Assembly (NCBI GenBank): GCA_041687695.1
Contig: JAWLBL010000010.1
Span: forward strand, 34,676 to 98,675
Source: Myxococcota bacterium
GTDB lineage: Bacteria; Myxococcota_A; UBA9042; PHBI01; JAWLBL01
Length of the DNA stretch: 64,000 bases
Direction of reading: 5' to 3'
Translations under genes and position numbers: made by a program
Part shown: positions 32,952 through 43,420 of the stretch, in pieces
How the letters are laid out: the number at the start of each line of letters is the position of its first letter
How positions within the stretch are numbered: the first letter of the stretch is position 1
Notes under the pieces: generated by a model
What the model saw: the letters and a program-made list of their open reading frames with translations, nothing else
Told to the model about the DNA's origin: nothing
Database searches by the model: none

Positions 32952-35201
32952 ATGGATCGCGACCGCTTGCTCGAGCGCCTGGTCGCCGCGTTCGCGGGCG
33001 AGCTCGAGGACCACGTCCGGGTCCTCAACGAGGATCTGCTGGCGCTCGAGAAGGAGCGGGACCCGGCGGAGCGCAAGGCCCTGCTCGACGACCTGTTCCG
33101 CACGGCGCACAGCGTCAAGGGGTCGTCGCGGGCGGCGAGCATCGCGCCCATCGAGGCGGCGAGCAGCCGCATGGAGGAGCTGCTGTCGGCGCTGCGCGAG
33201 GGGCGGCGCGAGCTCGACGCGCCGACGCTGGATCTGTTCTTCGAGGTGACCGACGCGCTGGAGGAGGCGGCCGGGAGGCTGCGCGAGCGGCAGGGGTTCG
33301 AGGGCGCGCCCATCGAGGTCGTGGCGGAGCGGCTCGAGGCCGCGGCCGGTGGGCGGCGGCCGAGCGTCGAGCGTCCGGCGCTGCCGACCGGCGTGGCGGT
33401 CGAGGGGCGGGGCGCGACCGTGCGGACGTCGACCGAGCGCCTGGACCGCCTGATGAACCTGACGGGTGAGCTGATCGTCGCGCGCGACCAGGGGCAGCGC
33501 GTGGTCGCGACGCTGCGGGACATCGAGGCGCACCTGTCTCGGTGGCGCGCCGACTGGCGCGTGCTCGAGCGCGTGATGGGCCCGGTCGTCGACGCCGTGC
33601 GGGACGGCGGGGAGGGCGGCGGTCGTTCGGACGTGGGGCGGCGCTTCGAGGTGGCGCTGGGCCGGCAGCAGGATCACTTCCGGCGGATGCAGGCCGAGCT
33701 GGATCGCCTGCGCGCGGAGGTGCTCGCGGACCGGCGGCAGCTGACGCACGCCATCGACCCGCTGGCCGACGAGGTGCGGACGCTGCGGCTGATGCCGTTC
33801 GTCGAGGCGACGAGCGGGCTGGACCGGACGGCGCGGGACCTGGCGCGCGGCCTGGACAAGGAGGTCGAGGTGGTCGTCGCGGGCGGCGACGTCGAGATGG
33901 ACCGGGCGGTGGTGCAGGCCTTGCGGGTGCCGCTGCTGCAGCTGGTGCGCAACGCGGTGGACCACGGCGTCGAGGGGCCCGAGGCGCGGCAGGAGGCCGG
34001 CAAGGTGCCGCAGGGGCGGGTGCGCGTCGCGGCGCGGCTGTCGGGGCCCGAGGTCTGGATCACCGTCGAGGACGACGGGCGCGGGCTGGACCACGAGGCG
34101 ATCCGCGCGCGAGCGGCCGCGCTGGGATGGGACGTGCCGGACGACGAGGCGGCCCTGGCGCAGCTCATCTTCCGGCCCGGGTTCTCGACCGCGCGCCTCA
34201 TCACCGACATCAGCGGGCGCGGCGTCGGGCTGGACGTCGTGCGGCAGGCCGTCGAGGCGATGCAGGGCGGCTTGCAGGTCGCGTCGCGGCCGGGGCAGGG
34301 GACGCGCTTCGACCTCACCGTGCCGCTCACCCTGCTGACGCTGCGCGCCCTGCTGGTCGAGGTCGGCGGGGACGTCTATGCCCTGCCGGCCAGCCACTTG
34401 CGGCGGTTGGTCTCGGCGCGGCGGGAGGCCTTGGTGTCGATCCAGGGGCGCGAGGCCCTGCGCGCGACCGGAGACGACGACGCCCCCACCCCCGTGGTGT
34501 CGCTCGCGGCGCTGTTGGACGTGCCGGCGGCGGCGCGGGCGGGGGAGCGGGCGATGCCGGTCGTGGTGGTGGGCCACGGGAGCCGGCGGGTCGGGTTGGC
34601 CGTCGACGCCCTGCTGCGCGAGGACGAGATCCTGGTCAAGCACCTGGGGCCCCGGCTGGAGAAGCTACGGCACTTCAGCGGGGCGACGCTGTTGCCCAGC
34701 GGGCGGCTCGCCCTCATCCTGCACGTGCCCAGCCTGGTGGCGGCGGCAACGACCGGGCCGCCCCGGCGTGCCATGGCCGAGACATGGGCCGAGGCGGCGT
34801 CTACCGGCGCCCGGCGGGTGCTGCTGGTCGACGACTCGGTGACCACCCGCGCGCTCGAGCGCAGCATCCTCGAAGCGGCCGGCTACGAGGTCACCGTCGC
34901 GGTCGACGGTGTGGACGCCTGGGACAAGCTCGAGGCCCAGGGGGCCGACATCCTGGTCGCCGACGTCGAGATGCCGCGGATGGACGGGTTCGCGCTGACC
35001 GAGGCCGTGCGGTCCTCGGCGCGCTTTTCGGACCTGCCGGTGGTCCTCGTCACGGCGCGCGAGACCGATCGCGACAAGGCGCGCGGGCTCGAGGTCGGGG
35101 CGAACGCGTACCTCGTCAAGAGCACGTTCGATCAACACAACCTGCTCGAGACGGTCGAGCAGCTCGTCGGGGCGGCCCGCCGCGGGCCGGGAGGCGCCTG
35201 A
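32952..35201 (+). CDS. cheA: CheA-receiver hybrid kinase (WspE-like)
   Basis: FRTAHSVKG Hpt, RNAVDHG, DDGRG, SGRGVGLD, CheW domain, C-terminal REC (DVEMP). Confidence 0.95.
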   Translation: MDRDRLLERLVAAFAGELEDHVRVLNEDLLALEKERDPAERKALLDDLFRTAHSVKGSSRAASIAPIEAASSRMEELLSALREGRRELDAPTLDLFFEVTDALEEAAGRLRERQGFEGAPIEVVAERLEAAAGGRRPSVERPALPTGVAVEGRGATVRTSTERLDRLMNLTGELIVARDQGQRVVATLRDIEAHLSRWRADWRVLERVMGPVVDAVRDGGEGGGRSDVGRRFEVALGRQQDHFRRMQAELDRLRAEVLADRRQLTHAIDPLADEVRTLRLMPFVEATSGLDRTARDLARGLDKEVEVVVAGGDVEMDRAVVQALRVPLLQLVRNAVDHGVEGPEARQEAGKVPQGRVRVAARLSGPEVWITVEDDGRGLDHEAIRARAAALGWDVPDDEAALAQLIFRPGFSTARLITDISGRGVGLDVVRQAVEAMQGGLQVASRPGQGTRFDLTVPLTLLTLRALLVEVGGDVYALPASHLRRLVSARREALVSIQGREALRATGDDDAPTPVVSLAALLDVPAAARAGERAMPVVVVGHGSRRVGLAVDALLREDEILVKHLGPRLEKLRHFSGATLLPSGRLALILHVPSLVAAATTGPPRRAMAETWAEAASTGARRVLLVDDSVTTRALERSILEAAGYEVTVAVDGVDAWDKLEAQGADILVADVEMPRMDGFALTEAVRSSARFSDLPVVLVTARETDRDKARGLEVGANAYLVKSTFDQHNLLETVEQLVGAARRGPGGA

Positions 35202-36247
35202 TGATCCGCGTCCTGGTGGCCGAGGACCTGCCGACCGCGCGCGCGCTGGTCGTCGAGATCCTGCGCGCCGATCCCGACATCGAGGTGGTCGGCGAGGCGA
35301 CCAACGGGGCCGAGGCGGTCGCCATGGCGCGCCGGCTCCGGCCCGACCTCGTCACCATGGACATCCTGATGCCCGAGATGGACGGCTTCGAGGCGACGCG
35401 CCGGCTGATGGCCGAGATGCCGGTGCCCATCGTCATCGTCTCGAGCCTGAACGTGGGCGAGGTGACCTTCTCGATGCAGGCGCTCAAGGTCGGCGCGCTG
35501 GCGGCGCTGCCCAAGCCGCGCGGCCCCGGCTCACCGGGCTTCGCCGAGGACGCGCGGCGCCTGGTCGCGACGGTCAAGGCGATGGCGCGCGTCGCCGTCC
35601 TGCGACGTCCCGCTGCGACGGCGCAGGCCCCGACGCCAGCGCGTCGACCCACCTCCCCGGAGCTGCCCGTCACCCGCTCGTTCCCGCGCTCGCGCGTCGT
35701 CGCCATGGCCGCCTCGACCGGCGGCCCCGCGGCCTTCTCGACCATCCTGTCGGACCTGCCGGGCGACTTCCGCGCGCCGATCCTGCTGGTCCAGCACGTG
35801 GCCCACGGCTTCGCCGAGGGGTTCGCGCGCTGGCTCGACGGCGCCTCGCCGCTGCAGGTCAAGGTCGCCGAGCCCGGCGAGCCGCTGATGGCCGGGGTCG
35901 TCTATGTGGCGCCCGACGGCACGCACCTCGGCGTCGCGCGCGGCCGCGCGGCGGTCGAGCTGTCGAACGAGCCGCCCATCGGCGGCTTCCGGCCGTCCGC
36001 GAACCACCTGTTCCGGTCGGTGGCCGCCTCGTTCGGACCGTTCGTGACGGCGGTGATCCTCAGCGGCATGGGGCGCGACGGGGCCGACGGGCTGGTCGAG
36101 GTCGCGCGGGCCGGCGGGCGGGTCATCGCGCAGGACGAGGCCACGTCGGTGGTCTTCGGGATGCCCGGCGCCGCGCACGAGGCCGGCGTCGTGGACCTGA
36201 CCTTGCCCCTGGGCGGGGTCGCGGGCACTCTGCGGGGCGTCGTTTGA
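35201..36247 (+). CDS. cheB: CheB methylesterase
   Basis: REC plus ASTGGP, QH, RPS, GMGRDG, VVFGMP. Confidence 0.95.
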   Translation: MIRVLVAEDLPTARALVVEILRADPDIEVVGEATNGAEAVAMARRLRPDLVTMDILMPEMDGFEATRRLMAEMPVPIVIVSSLNVGEVTFSMQALKVGALAALPKPRGPGSPGFAEDARRLVATVKAMARVAVLRRPAATAQAPTPARRPTSPELPVTRSFPRSRVVAMAASTGGPAAFSTILSDLPGDFRAPILLVQHVAHGFAEGFARWLDGASPLQVKVAEPGEPLMAGVVYVAPDGTHLGVARGRAAVELSNEPPIGGFRPSANHLFRSVAASFGPFVTAVILSGMGRDGADGLVEVARAGGRVIAQDEATSVVFGMPGAAHEAGVVDLTLPLGGVAGTLRGVV

Positions 36248-36251
36248 CCCG

Positions 36252-38294
36252 GTGCGCGGCGGGAGAGGGCGGGGGGCCCCGGCTCGCGAGCGCCCCGGAG
36301 GCCTCCGGAAGGAGCGTCGTCGCTTGAGCCCGCTAGCCGACCGCTCGCCCACCGGTGGGGCCGCGACCTGTCAGATCGACGAGGATGGCGTCGTGTCGCG
36401 TTGCACGGCGGGGTTCGCGCTGCGGCTCGGCATGCCGTACCACGCGGTCATCGGGCGGCGCCTCGGCGCGCTGCTCGACGCCGCGCTGGGGGTGTCTGGC
36501 TTCGAGGGGCGGCACACGTTCGGGGCGTCCGGCGTCCTGGACGATCCGGCGGCCGGCGTGCGCGTCGTGTTCGAACCGCTGGTGGCGGCGAACGGCGAGC
36601 CCGAGGGCGCGCTGTGCACCCTCGAGGCGCTGCCCGACGCGCCCGAGCTGGCGCTGGCGCTGCAGCGGCTCTTCGACGCGCAGCTGGTCGGCGCGGTGGT
36701 CTGGACGCGGCAGGGGCGGATCGTCGACGCCAACGACGCCTGGCTGCGGATGGTCGGCCTGTCGCGGGAGGCGCTAGCGACGCTGGACTGGTCCGCGGTC
36801 GTGCCGCCCGACGAGGAGGACACGCTGAGGGGGCTCGTCGCGGAGGCGCAGGCGGCGGGCTCGGCCGGGCCTGGACGCTTCACCCTGCTGCGAACCGATG
36901 GCCGGCGTGTGCCCGTGCTGTTCGCGATGATCGCGCTGCCCGAGCCGGACCGCTTCGTGACCTGCGTCGTGGACGCCGCGCCCTTCGTGCGCGTCGAGGA
37001 CGAGCGCGCGCGGCTGCTCGAGCGCGAGCAGGTCGCGCGCATGGAGGTCGAGGAGGCGCAGCGCAGCCTGGGCTTTCTGTATCAGACGACCAGCGCGCTG
37101 TTCGAGGAGGCGCGCGACCCGCGGCAGCTCCTCGAGCGGCTGGCGGAGCTGAGCGTGCCGCACCTGGCGGACTGGTGCCTCATCGACATCTTCGTAGGGG
37201 AGGCGGTCGAGTGCGTCGCGGCCGCCCATTGGGATCCCGAGCACGCCGCCACGGCGGCGGGGCTGTGCCGACGCTGGGAGCCGGACCCTGGCGCACGGGT
37301 CGGCGTGGCGCGCGCGGCCCGTGAAGGGCGGACGCAGCTCGGGTCGGCGGCGGACCTGGCCGCGGCCGAGGCGGAGACCGAAGACTGGCGGCAGCTGTTG
37401 CGGCTGCGCGCGCACTCGTGGATGCAGGTGCCCATCCGGCTTCACGGACAGACCACCGCGGTCGTGACGCTCGCCTTCGCCGAGTCGACGCGCGTCCACG
37501 GGCCCGAGGACGTGGCCCTGGCCGAGGATCTCGCCGCCCGCGCCGCCATCGCCCTCGACAACGCGCGCCTGTTCGCGGAGGTCGAGCGGGCCGTCCGCGC
37601 GCGCGAGGAGGCCCTGCACATCGTCTCGCACGATCTCAAGAACCCCATCGCGGTGCTGCTCCTCAAGGCGCAGCGGCTCCGGCGCGTCATGCCCGCCGGC
37701 GACGAGGGCGCGCGGGCGCGCACGCTGGTCGAGCAGCTCGAGCGCACCATCATGGGCATGAACCGGCTCATCGAGGGGCTGCTCGACCTCGCGCGCATGG
37801 AGGCCGGACGCCTCAAGCTCGACCGGCGCGTCGAGGCGCCGAGCGCGGTCGTCACGCGCGCCGTCGAGCCGCTGCAGTCCCTCGCGCACGACCGTGGGCA
37901 GCGCCTGGAGATCGCGGTCAGCGAGTCGTTGCCGCCCATCGACGCCGACCCCGACCGCCTGGCGCAGGTGCTGGCGAACCTGGTCGGCAACGCGCTCAAG
38001 TACACCCCCGAGGGCGGCCGCATCCGGGTCGAGGCGCAGGCCTCGCCGTCCGAGGTCTGCTTCACCGTCGCGGACACCGGCCCGGGCATCCCGGCCGAGC
38101 AGCTGCCGCATCTCTTCGAGCGCTTCTGGCAGGCGCGCGCCGCCGGCCGCACCGGCCACGGCCTGGGCCTGTCCATCGTGCAGGGTCTCGTCGAGGCGCA
38201 CGACGGGCGCGTCTGGGTCGACAGCCAGCCCGGCCAGGGCAGCCGCTTCCACTTCTCCATCCCCCGCGCGTCCACCGACGCGGACGGACGCTGA
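36252..38294 (+). CDS. PAS/GAF sensor histidine kinase (start uncertain)
   Basis: PAS (DANDA), GAF (LADWC), SHDLKNP, NALKY, DTGPG, GLGL. Confidence 0.9.
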   Translation: MRGGRGRGAPARERPGGLRKERRRLSPLADRSPTGGAATCQIDEDGVVSRCTAGFALRLGMPYHAVIGRRLGALLDAALGVSGFEGRHTFGASGVLDDPAAGVRVVFEPLVAANGEPEGALCTLEALPDAPELALALQRLFDAQLVGAVVWTRQGRIVDANDAWLRMVGLSREALATLDWSAVVPPDEEDTLRGLVAEAQAAGSAGPGRFTLLRTDGRRVPVLFAMIALPEPDRFVTCVVDAAPFVRVEDERARLLEREQVARMEVEEAQRSLGFLYQTTSALFEEARDPRQLLERLAELSVPHLADWCLIDIFVGEAVECVAAAHWDPEHAATAAGLCRRWEPDPGARVGVARAAREGRTQLGSAADLAAAEAETEDWRQLLRLRAHSWMQVPIRLHGQTTAVVTLAFAESTRVHGPEDVALAEDLAARAAIALDNARLFAEVERAVRAREEALHIVSHDLKNPIAVLLLKAQRLRRVMPAGDEGARARTLVEQLERTIMGMNRLIEGLLDLARMEAGRLKLDRRVEAPSAVVTRAVEPLQSLAHDRGQRLEIAVSESLPPIDADPDRLAQVLANLVGNALKYTPEGGRIRVEAQASPSEVCFTVADTGPGIPAEQLPHLFERFWQARAAGRTGHGLGLSIVQGLVEAHDGRVWVDSQPGQGSRFHFSIPRASTDADGR

Positions 38295-38388
38295 TGGGGG
38301 CACCGCAACGCACGGCCCCTTGTCACGCGCCGGCCACATCTCGTTCAATGGCCGCCACGACCGACTCAGACGCGACGGGACGCCACCC

Positions 38389-39276
38389 ATGAACCATTGT
38401 CGCCCCCGGGGCTCGACCGCGATGCTCGCCGCCGCGCTGGCGGTGCTTGCGCTCACCGCCTGCGAGTCGTCCTCCACGCCCGAAGCCAGCACCGACGCCG
38501 CGCCCACCGCCGACGCGCCCACCGCCGACGCGTCGGCCGAGCTCCCCGACTTCTCGGGCGACCCCGACTCCCTGCCGCGCTTCGTCCACTACATCCGCGG
38601 CGACGTCTACCCGCGCCTCGTCCTCGAGCTCGACAAGGTCGACGGCCACGGCCCCGAGGACGGCGTCGAGGCCGATCTCACCGCCGGCCTGTCGCAGCTG
38701 CTCGACAAGCCCGCCGGCGTCGAGGTGGTCCACGACGGCCTCATCCCCTCCAAGGGGGCCGACCACGCCTGGACCTTCTCCGAGCTGTCCGCCCTCGCCA
38801 AGCAGACCTTCGATCTGGCCGTCCCCGACGACACCATCAAGATGCACATCGTCTTCCTCGACGGCCGCTACGCCGAAGACACCGACAGCTTCAAGATCCT
38901 CGGGCTCGCCTGGGCCTCGACCCACCTGGTCGTCTTCAAGGACACCATCGAGTCGCTCTGCCAGGGCGGCCTCGCCGGCCCCCTCTCCCAGACCCTGCGC
39001 GCCCGCCTGTGCGCCTCGACGGAGCTGGGCATCTGGACGCACGAGGTCGGCCACCTGCTGGGCCTGGTCGGCAACGGCCTGCCCCTGACGACCGATCACC
39101 AGGATCACGACCACGGCGCCCACGACACCGACGACGGCTGCATCATGTACTACGCCTACCAGGGCCAGGCCCTGGTCGACCTGTTCCGCACACGGCTGCT
39201 CGCAGGCGGCGAGCCCGACCTGGGGTTCGACGCCGCGTGCCTCGCCGACATCGCCGCCGTGCGCGACGCCCCCTGA
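38389..39276 (+). CDS. Lipoprotein, zinc metalloprotease-like
   Basis: LTAC lipobox; HEVGHLLGL..H..CIM. Confidence 0.8.
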   Translation: MNHCRPRGSTAMLAAALAVLALTACESSSTPEASTDAAPTADAPTADASAELPDFSGDPDSLPRFVHYIRGDVYPRLVLELDKVDGHGPEDGVEADLTAGLSQLLDKPAGVEVVHDGLIPSKGADHAWTFSELSALAKQTFDLAVPDDTIKMHIVFLDGRYAEDTDSFKILGLAWASTHLVVFKDTIESLCQGGLAGPLSQTLRARLCASTELGIWTHEVGHLLGLVGNGLPLTTDHQDHDHGAHDTDDGCIMYYAYQGQALVDLFRTRLLAGGEPDLGFDAACLADIAAVRDAP

Positions 39277-39317
39277 ACGTGTCGGCGCGCCGCGCGGGCG
39301 ACCAGGTCCCCGTCACC

Positions 39318-39497
39318 TCAGAAGCGCATGCCGTTCTTGGCGCGGAACATGAACCAGTCGTAGCCGAAGTACAGGCCGACCGCGATGACCGGCACGCCGA
39401 TCCACCCGCTGACGAACACCGTCGCCGCGACCCCGGCCGCCTCGGTCCCCAGGAACTTCAGCCGCTTGCCCTTCTCGATCTGCTGATTGCTCGCCAC
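39318..39497 (-). CDS. 59-aa small membrane protein (absent from ORF track)
   Basis: GGAGGAGG RBS then GTG; MASNQQIEKGKRLKFLGTEAAGVAATVFVSGWIGVPVIAVGLYFGYDWFMFRAKNGMRF; nearly all third positions G/C. Confidence 0.8.
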   Translation of the reverse strand: MASNQQIEKGKRLKFLGTEAAGVAATVFVSGWIGVPVIAVGLYFGYDWFMFRAKNGMRF

Positions 39498-39624
39498 GCG
39501 TCCCTCCTCCGATTTCAGCGGCCACCGCTATAGCTTCGCCGGGCCCTGACGCCAAGTTCCTGCCGCCCTGCCGCGACAGTCCTCGTCATGGTGACCGCGC
39601 GCCCCCCTGTGCTACCTCCGACGC

Positions 39625-41721
39625 ATGCCCCCCAGCTTCCTCCAGGACCTCGCCGTCGTCCTCGGCGCGGCCGCCCTCATCGCCCTCGTCTGCCAGCGGC
39701 TGCGCCTGCCGCTCGTGGTCGGCTACCTCCTGGCGGGGATGATCATCGGCCCGAACGTCCCCATCCCGCTGGTGGCCGACCAGGGGACGGTCAACACGCT
39801 CAGCCAGCTCGGCGTCATCCTGCTCATGTTCTCGCTGGGTCTCAACTTCAGCCTGCGGCAGCTCCTGCGCCTGATGCCGACGATGGGCATCGTCTCGCTG
39901 ATGTCGGTCTCGCTGCTCATCTGGTTGGGCTTTTTGGTCGGCCGCGCCCTCGGCTGGACCGTGCAGGAGAGCCTGTTCGCAGGCGTCATCGTCGCGCTGT
40001 CCAGCGACATCATCGTCATCAAGGCCCTCGGCGAGGAGCGCATCCCGGCCGCCGCCGCCGAGCTGGCCTACGCCGAGCTGGTCATCGAGGACCTCATCGC
40101 CATCGTCCTCATCGCGGTCATGACCGCCATCGCCTCGGGCCACACGGTCTCGGCCGACACCCTCGTGTCCACCATGGCCCAGCTCCTGGCCTTCCTGGTC
40201 CTGTCGGTCTTCGGCGGCCTGCTCATCGTCCCGCGCATGATCCGAGGCGTCATCCGCCTCGCCCGACCCGAGGTCACCGTCCTCGCCTGCGTCGCCGTGT
40301 GCTTCGCGCTGGCGCTGCTGGCCCAGGCCGTCGGCTACTCGGTCGCGCTGGGGGCCTTCATCGGGGGCATGCTCATCGGCGAGTCCGGCGCCGGGCCCCA
40401 CATCGAGCTGCTGGTCCGCCCGCTGCGTGACGTCTTCGGCGCCGTCTTCTTCGTCTCCGTGGGCATGCTCATCGACCCGGCCCTGCTGGCCGAGCACTGG
40501 GCCGCGGTCCTGTCGCTGACCCTGCTCGTGCTCGTGGGCAAACCGTTCGGCGTCTTCTTCGGCTCGTTCCTCATGGGCAACGGCGCCCGCTCCTCGCTCA
40601 TCGCCGGCCTGACCGTCGCGCAGATCGGCGAGTTCTCCTACATCCTCGCCAGCGTCGGCCTCGCCTGGGGCGCCACCGGCGACCACGTCTACCCCATCGC
40701 CGTCGCCGTCTCGGTCATCACCGCCCTGACGACCCCGTACTACATCCGGGCGTCCGGCGCGGTCGCCACCTTCCTCGGCGGCCGCGTCCCCCAGCCGCTG
40801 CAGACCTTCGCCACGCTCTACGGCTCCTGGATCGAGCGCCTCCGCCAGAGCCCCCACCCCCGCTCCACCCGCGCCTCCATGCGCCGCCTGCTCAGCCGCA
40901 TGGGGCTCGACGCGGTCGTCCTCGCCGCCATCCTCATCGGCACCTCCCTCGGCATGGACTCCCTGCGGGCCTTCCTGGGCCTCGAGCTGGGCCTGTCCTA
41001 CGGCGTCGCCACCACGTCCATCGTCCTCGCCGCCGCCCTCGTCTCGGTCCCGTTCGTCGTCGGCCTCGTCCGCATCACCGGCCCCCTCAGCGCCCTCATC
41101 GCCGGCGAGGTCCTCCCCGCCGCCCGCGAGGGGCAGCTCGACCTCGCCGACGCCCCCCGCCGCGCCCTGGTCATCACCCTGCGGCTCACCATGCTGCTCC
41201 TCGTCGGCCTGCCGCTCATCGCCATCACGCAGCCCTTCCTGCCGCGCCTGCCCGTCGCGGTCCTCCTCGTCGGCGCCCTCACCCTGGTGGGCGTCGTCTT
41301 CTGGCGTCGCGCCACCAACCTCCAGGGCCACGTCCGCGCGGGCGCCCAGGTCATCATCGAGGCGCTCGCGACGCCGGACCTGTCGCGTCCGCAGGCGCCC
41401 ATGCACACCACCCCTGCCAGCCCGCTCGAGCAGGTCCAGGCGCTGCTGCCGGGCATCGGCAACCTCGCCGCCGTCACCCTGGTCGCGCACAGCCCCGCCG
41501 TGGGCCGCACCATGCGCGAGCTGAACCTGCAGACGCTGACCGGCGTCACCGTCCTGGCCATCCTGCGCGGCCGGGCGGGCCTGGTCCCCACCGGCAACGA
41601 GCCCCTCGAGGCCGGGGACGTGCTCGCCCTCACCGGCCCCGAGGACGCCGTCGAGGCGGCCCGGGCGCTGCTGCACGCCGACGAGCCGTCGATCCCCGAG
41701 CCCTCGACGTCCCAGCGGTGA
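39625..41721 (+). CDS. CPA2-family cation:proton antiporter with TrkA_C domain
   Basis: GYLLAGMIIGP, IEDL, LGAFIGG, FFVSVG, QIGEFS; C-terminal RCK_C. Confidence 0.93.
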   Translation: MPPSFLQDLAVVLGAAALIALVCQRLRLPLVVGYLLAGMIIGPNVPIPLVADQGTVNTLSQLGVILLMFSLGLNFSLRQLLRLMPTMGIVSLMSVSLLIWLGFLVGRALGWTVQESLFAGVIVALSSDIIVIKALGEERIPAAAAELAYAELVIEDLIAIVLIAVMTAIASGHTVSADTLVSTMAQLLAFLVLSVFGGLLIVPRMIRGVIRLARPEVTVLACVAVCFALALLAQAVGYSVALGAFIGGMLIGESGAGPHIELLVRPLRDVFGAVFFVSVGMLIDPALLAEHWAAVLSLTLLVLVGKPFGVFFGSFLMGNGARSSLIAGLTVAQIGEFSYILASVGLAWGATGDHVYPIAVAVSVITALTTPYYIRASGAVATFLGGRVPQPLQTFATLYGSWIERLRQSPHPRSTRASMRRLLSRMGLDAVVLAAILIGTSLGMDSLRAFLGLELGLSYGVATTSIVLAAALVSVPFVVGLVRITGPLSALIAGEVLPAAREGQLDLADAPRRALVITLRLTMLLLVGLPLIAITQPFLPRLPVAVLLVGALTLVGVVFWRRATNLQGHVRAGAQVIIEALATPDLSRPQAPMHTTPASPLEQVQALLPGIGNLAAVTLVAHSPAVGRTMRELNLQTLTGVTVLAILRGRAGLVPTGNEPLEAGDVLALTGPEDAVEAARALLHADEPSIPEPSTSQR

Positions 41722-41926
41722 GCGCGCGGGAACCCTGCTCGGGCCCCGCGTGTTGATCCCAGCGCCACCCCCTCATCGCCCCTGTCCCCTCGCCAGCCCC
41801 GCGCCCGGCCTCCGACACCCGACGTCTGGCCCAACGGCGTGTGGCATGCGTTAATCATCGAGCGCCGGCTCCTCGCCCCGCACCGGCCGGCGCGACCGGG
41901 TCCCCACCCGCCGCAGGAGAACCGAC

Positions 41927-42316
41927 ATGAGCTTCGAGCTGACGCGCGTGTCCCAGGCGCTCGCCCACTGGATCGAGGCGCTCAACAGCCGCGGTGACGA
42001 CGCCATCACCCAGCGCGCCCTCACCGACGACGTCGCCCTGACCCGCCACTCGGGCCTGCAGAAGGGCGTCACCGAGCGCTTCGAGGGCGTCGACGCCGCC
42101 GCCCGCTGGCTGCGCCGCAGCCCGCCCGACACCCTCTTCTCCGTCGTCGGCACCCCCGAGATCCTCTCGGCGCCCGGTCGCATGCCCATCGAGGCCGAGG
42201 CGCGCTACCGCGTCCAGGTCGGCGAGTTCGTCAACCAGGGCACGTGGCGCGTGACGCTGGCCGAGGACGGGCGCATCGCCGCCCTCGAGCACATGCCGGA
42301 CTTCCTGGCCACCTGA
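41927..42316 (+). CDS. Small NTF2/SnoaL-like hypothetical protein
   Basis: AGGAG RBS; WIEALN..DDV..GRI pattern. Confidence 0.65.
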   Translation: MSFELTRVSQALAHWIEALNSRGDDAITQRALTDDVALTRHSGLQKGVTERFEGVDAAARWLRRSPPDTLFSVVGTPEILSAPGRMPIEAEARYRVQVGEFVNQGTWRVTLAEDGRIAALEHMPDFLAT

Positions 42317-42324
42317 GGCGACCC

Positions 42325-43413
42325 ATGCACCCGGCTCGCCTCGAGCTGACCGGCCGCGCCGGCGCCCTCGCGATGGTGGACGGCCGCGTCCTCGACAGCT
42401 ACGCCGGCTGCGACTACCTGGGCCTGTCGCGACACCCCGAGGTGCTGGCGGCGCTGGCCTCCGGCGCCCGCGAGTACGGCCTGAGCGCCGCCGCGTCCCG
42501 CGAGACGACCGGCGCGACCCGCGAGCACCGCCTGCTCGAGGAGGCGCTGGCCGACTTCCTGGGCGTCGAGGCCGTCCTGCTGGTCCCGGACGGCTACCTG
42601 ACCAACCTCGCCGCCGCGCAGGGGCTGGCCCCCGAGCACGCCGCCGCCTGGGTCGACGCGCTGGCCCACGCCAGCGTCCGCGACGGCGCGCAGACCTCGG
42701 GGCTGGCGGTGCATCGCTTCGCGCACCGCGACGCGGGCGCCCTGGCCGACGCGCTGGCCGCGGCGGACCGGCCGCTGGTCATGACCGACGGCGTGTTCCC
42801 GACCGAGGGCACCACGGCGCCGCTGCCCGCGCTGCTCGCGGCGCTGCCGGACGACGGGCGCCTGCTGGTCGACGACGCCCACGGGCTGGGCGTCCTGGGC
42901 CCGCGAGGGCAGGGCACGCTGGCCCACCACGGCCTCCGCGACCCGCGCGTCGTCCTGACGGGGACGCTCTCGAAGGCGTTCGGCTGCGCCGGGGGCGTCA
43001 TCGCCGGCACCGCCGCCGTGGTCACCGCCGTCCGCGAGCGCGCCCGCGCCTACGTCGGCGCCACGGCGCTGGCCCCGGCGCTGGCGCGTGCCGGACGCGC
43101 CTCGCTGAGGGTGCACCGCAGCGAACCGGCGCTGCTCGCCACGCTGCACCGCAACATCGCCCGCCTGCGCGCCCTGTTCGCGGAGCTGGGCTGGCCCGTC
43201 CCGGCCGAGCGGCTGCCGGTCTTCACCTTCCGCCTCGACCCGCCCGAGCGCATGGGCCACCTCAGCGCCTGGCTGCTCGAGCGCGGGGTCCTGGCCCCCT
43301 GCGTGCGCTACCTGGCCGCCCCCGGCGCGGCGACCCTGCGCTGGACCGTCACCGCCGACCACACGGGCGCCCAGCTCGACCGCCTCGCGGAGCTGCTGTG
43401 CGCCTTCCGATGA
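42325..43413 (+). CDS. PLP-dependent class II aminotransferase (8-amino-7-oxononanoate synthase-like)
   Basis: DYLGL, HAS, DGVF, DDAHG, GTLSKAFG. Confidence 0.85.
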   Translation: MHPARLELTGRAGALAMVDGRVLDSYAGCDYLGLSRHPEVLAALASGAREYGLSAAASRETTGATREHRLLEEALADFLGVEAVLLVPDGYLTNLAAAQGLAPEHAAAWVDALAHASVRDGAQTSGLAVHRFAHRDAGALADALAAADRPLVMTDGVFPTEGTTAPLPALLAALPDDGRLLVDDAHGLGVLGPRGQGTLAHHGLRDPRVVLTGTLSKAFGCAGGVIAGTAAVVTAVRERARAYVGATALAPALARAGRASLRVHRSEPALLATLHRNIARLRALFAELGWPVPAERLPVFTFRLDPPERMGHLSAWLLERGVLAPCVRYLAAPGAATLRWTVTADHTGAQLDRLAELLCAFR

Positions 43414-43420
43414 GCGGGCC

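Noticed and set aside
39313..39555. 80-aa minus-strand ORF in the track
   Set aside because: The alternative frame 39318-39497 has the RBS, codon bias and a sensible membrane sequence
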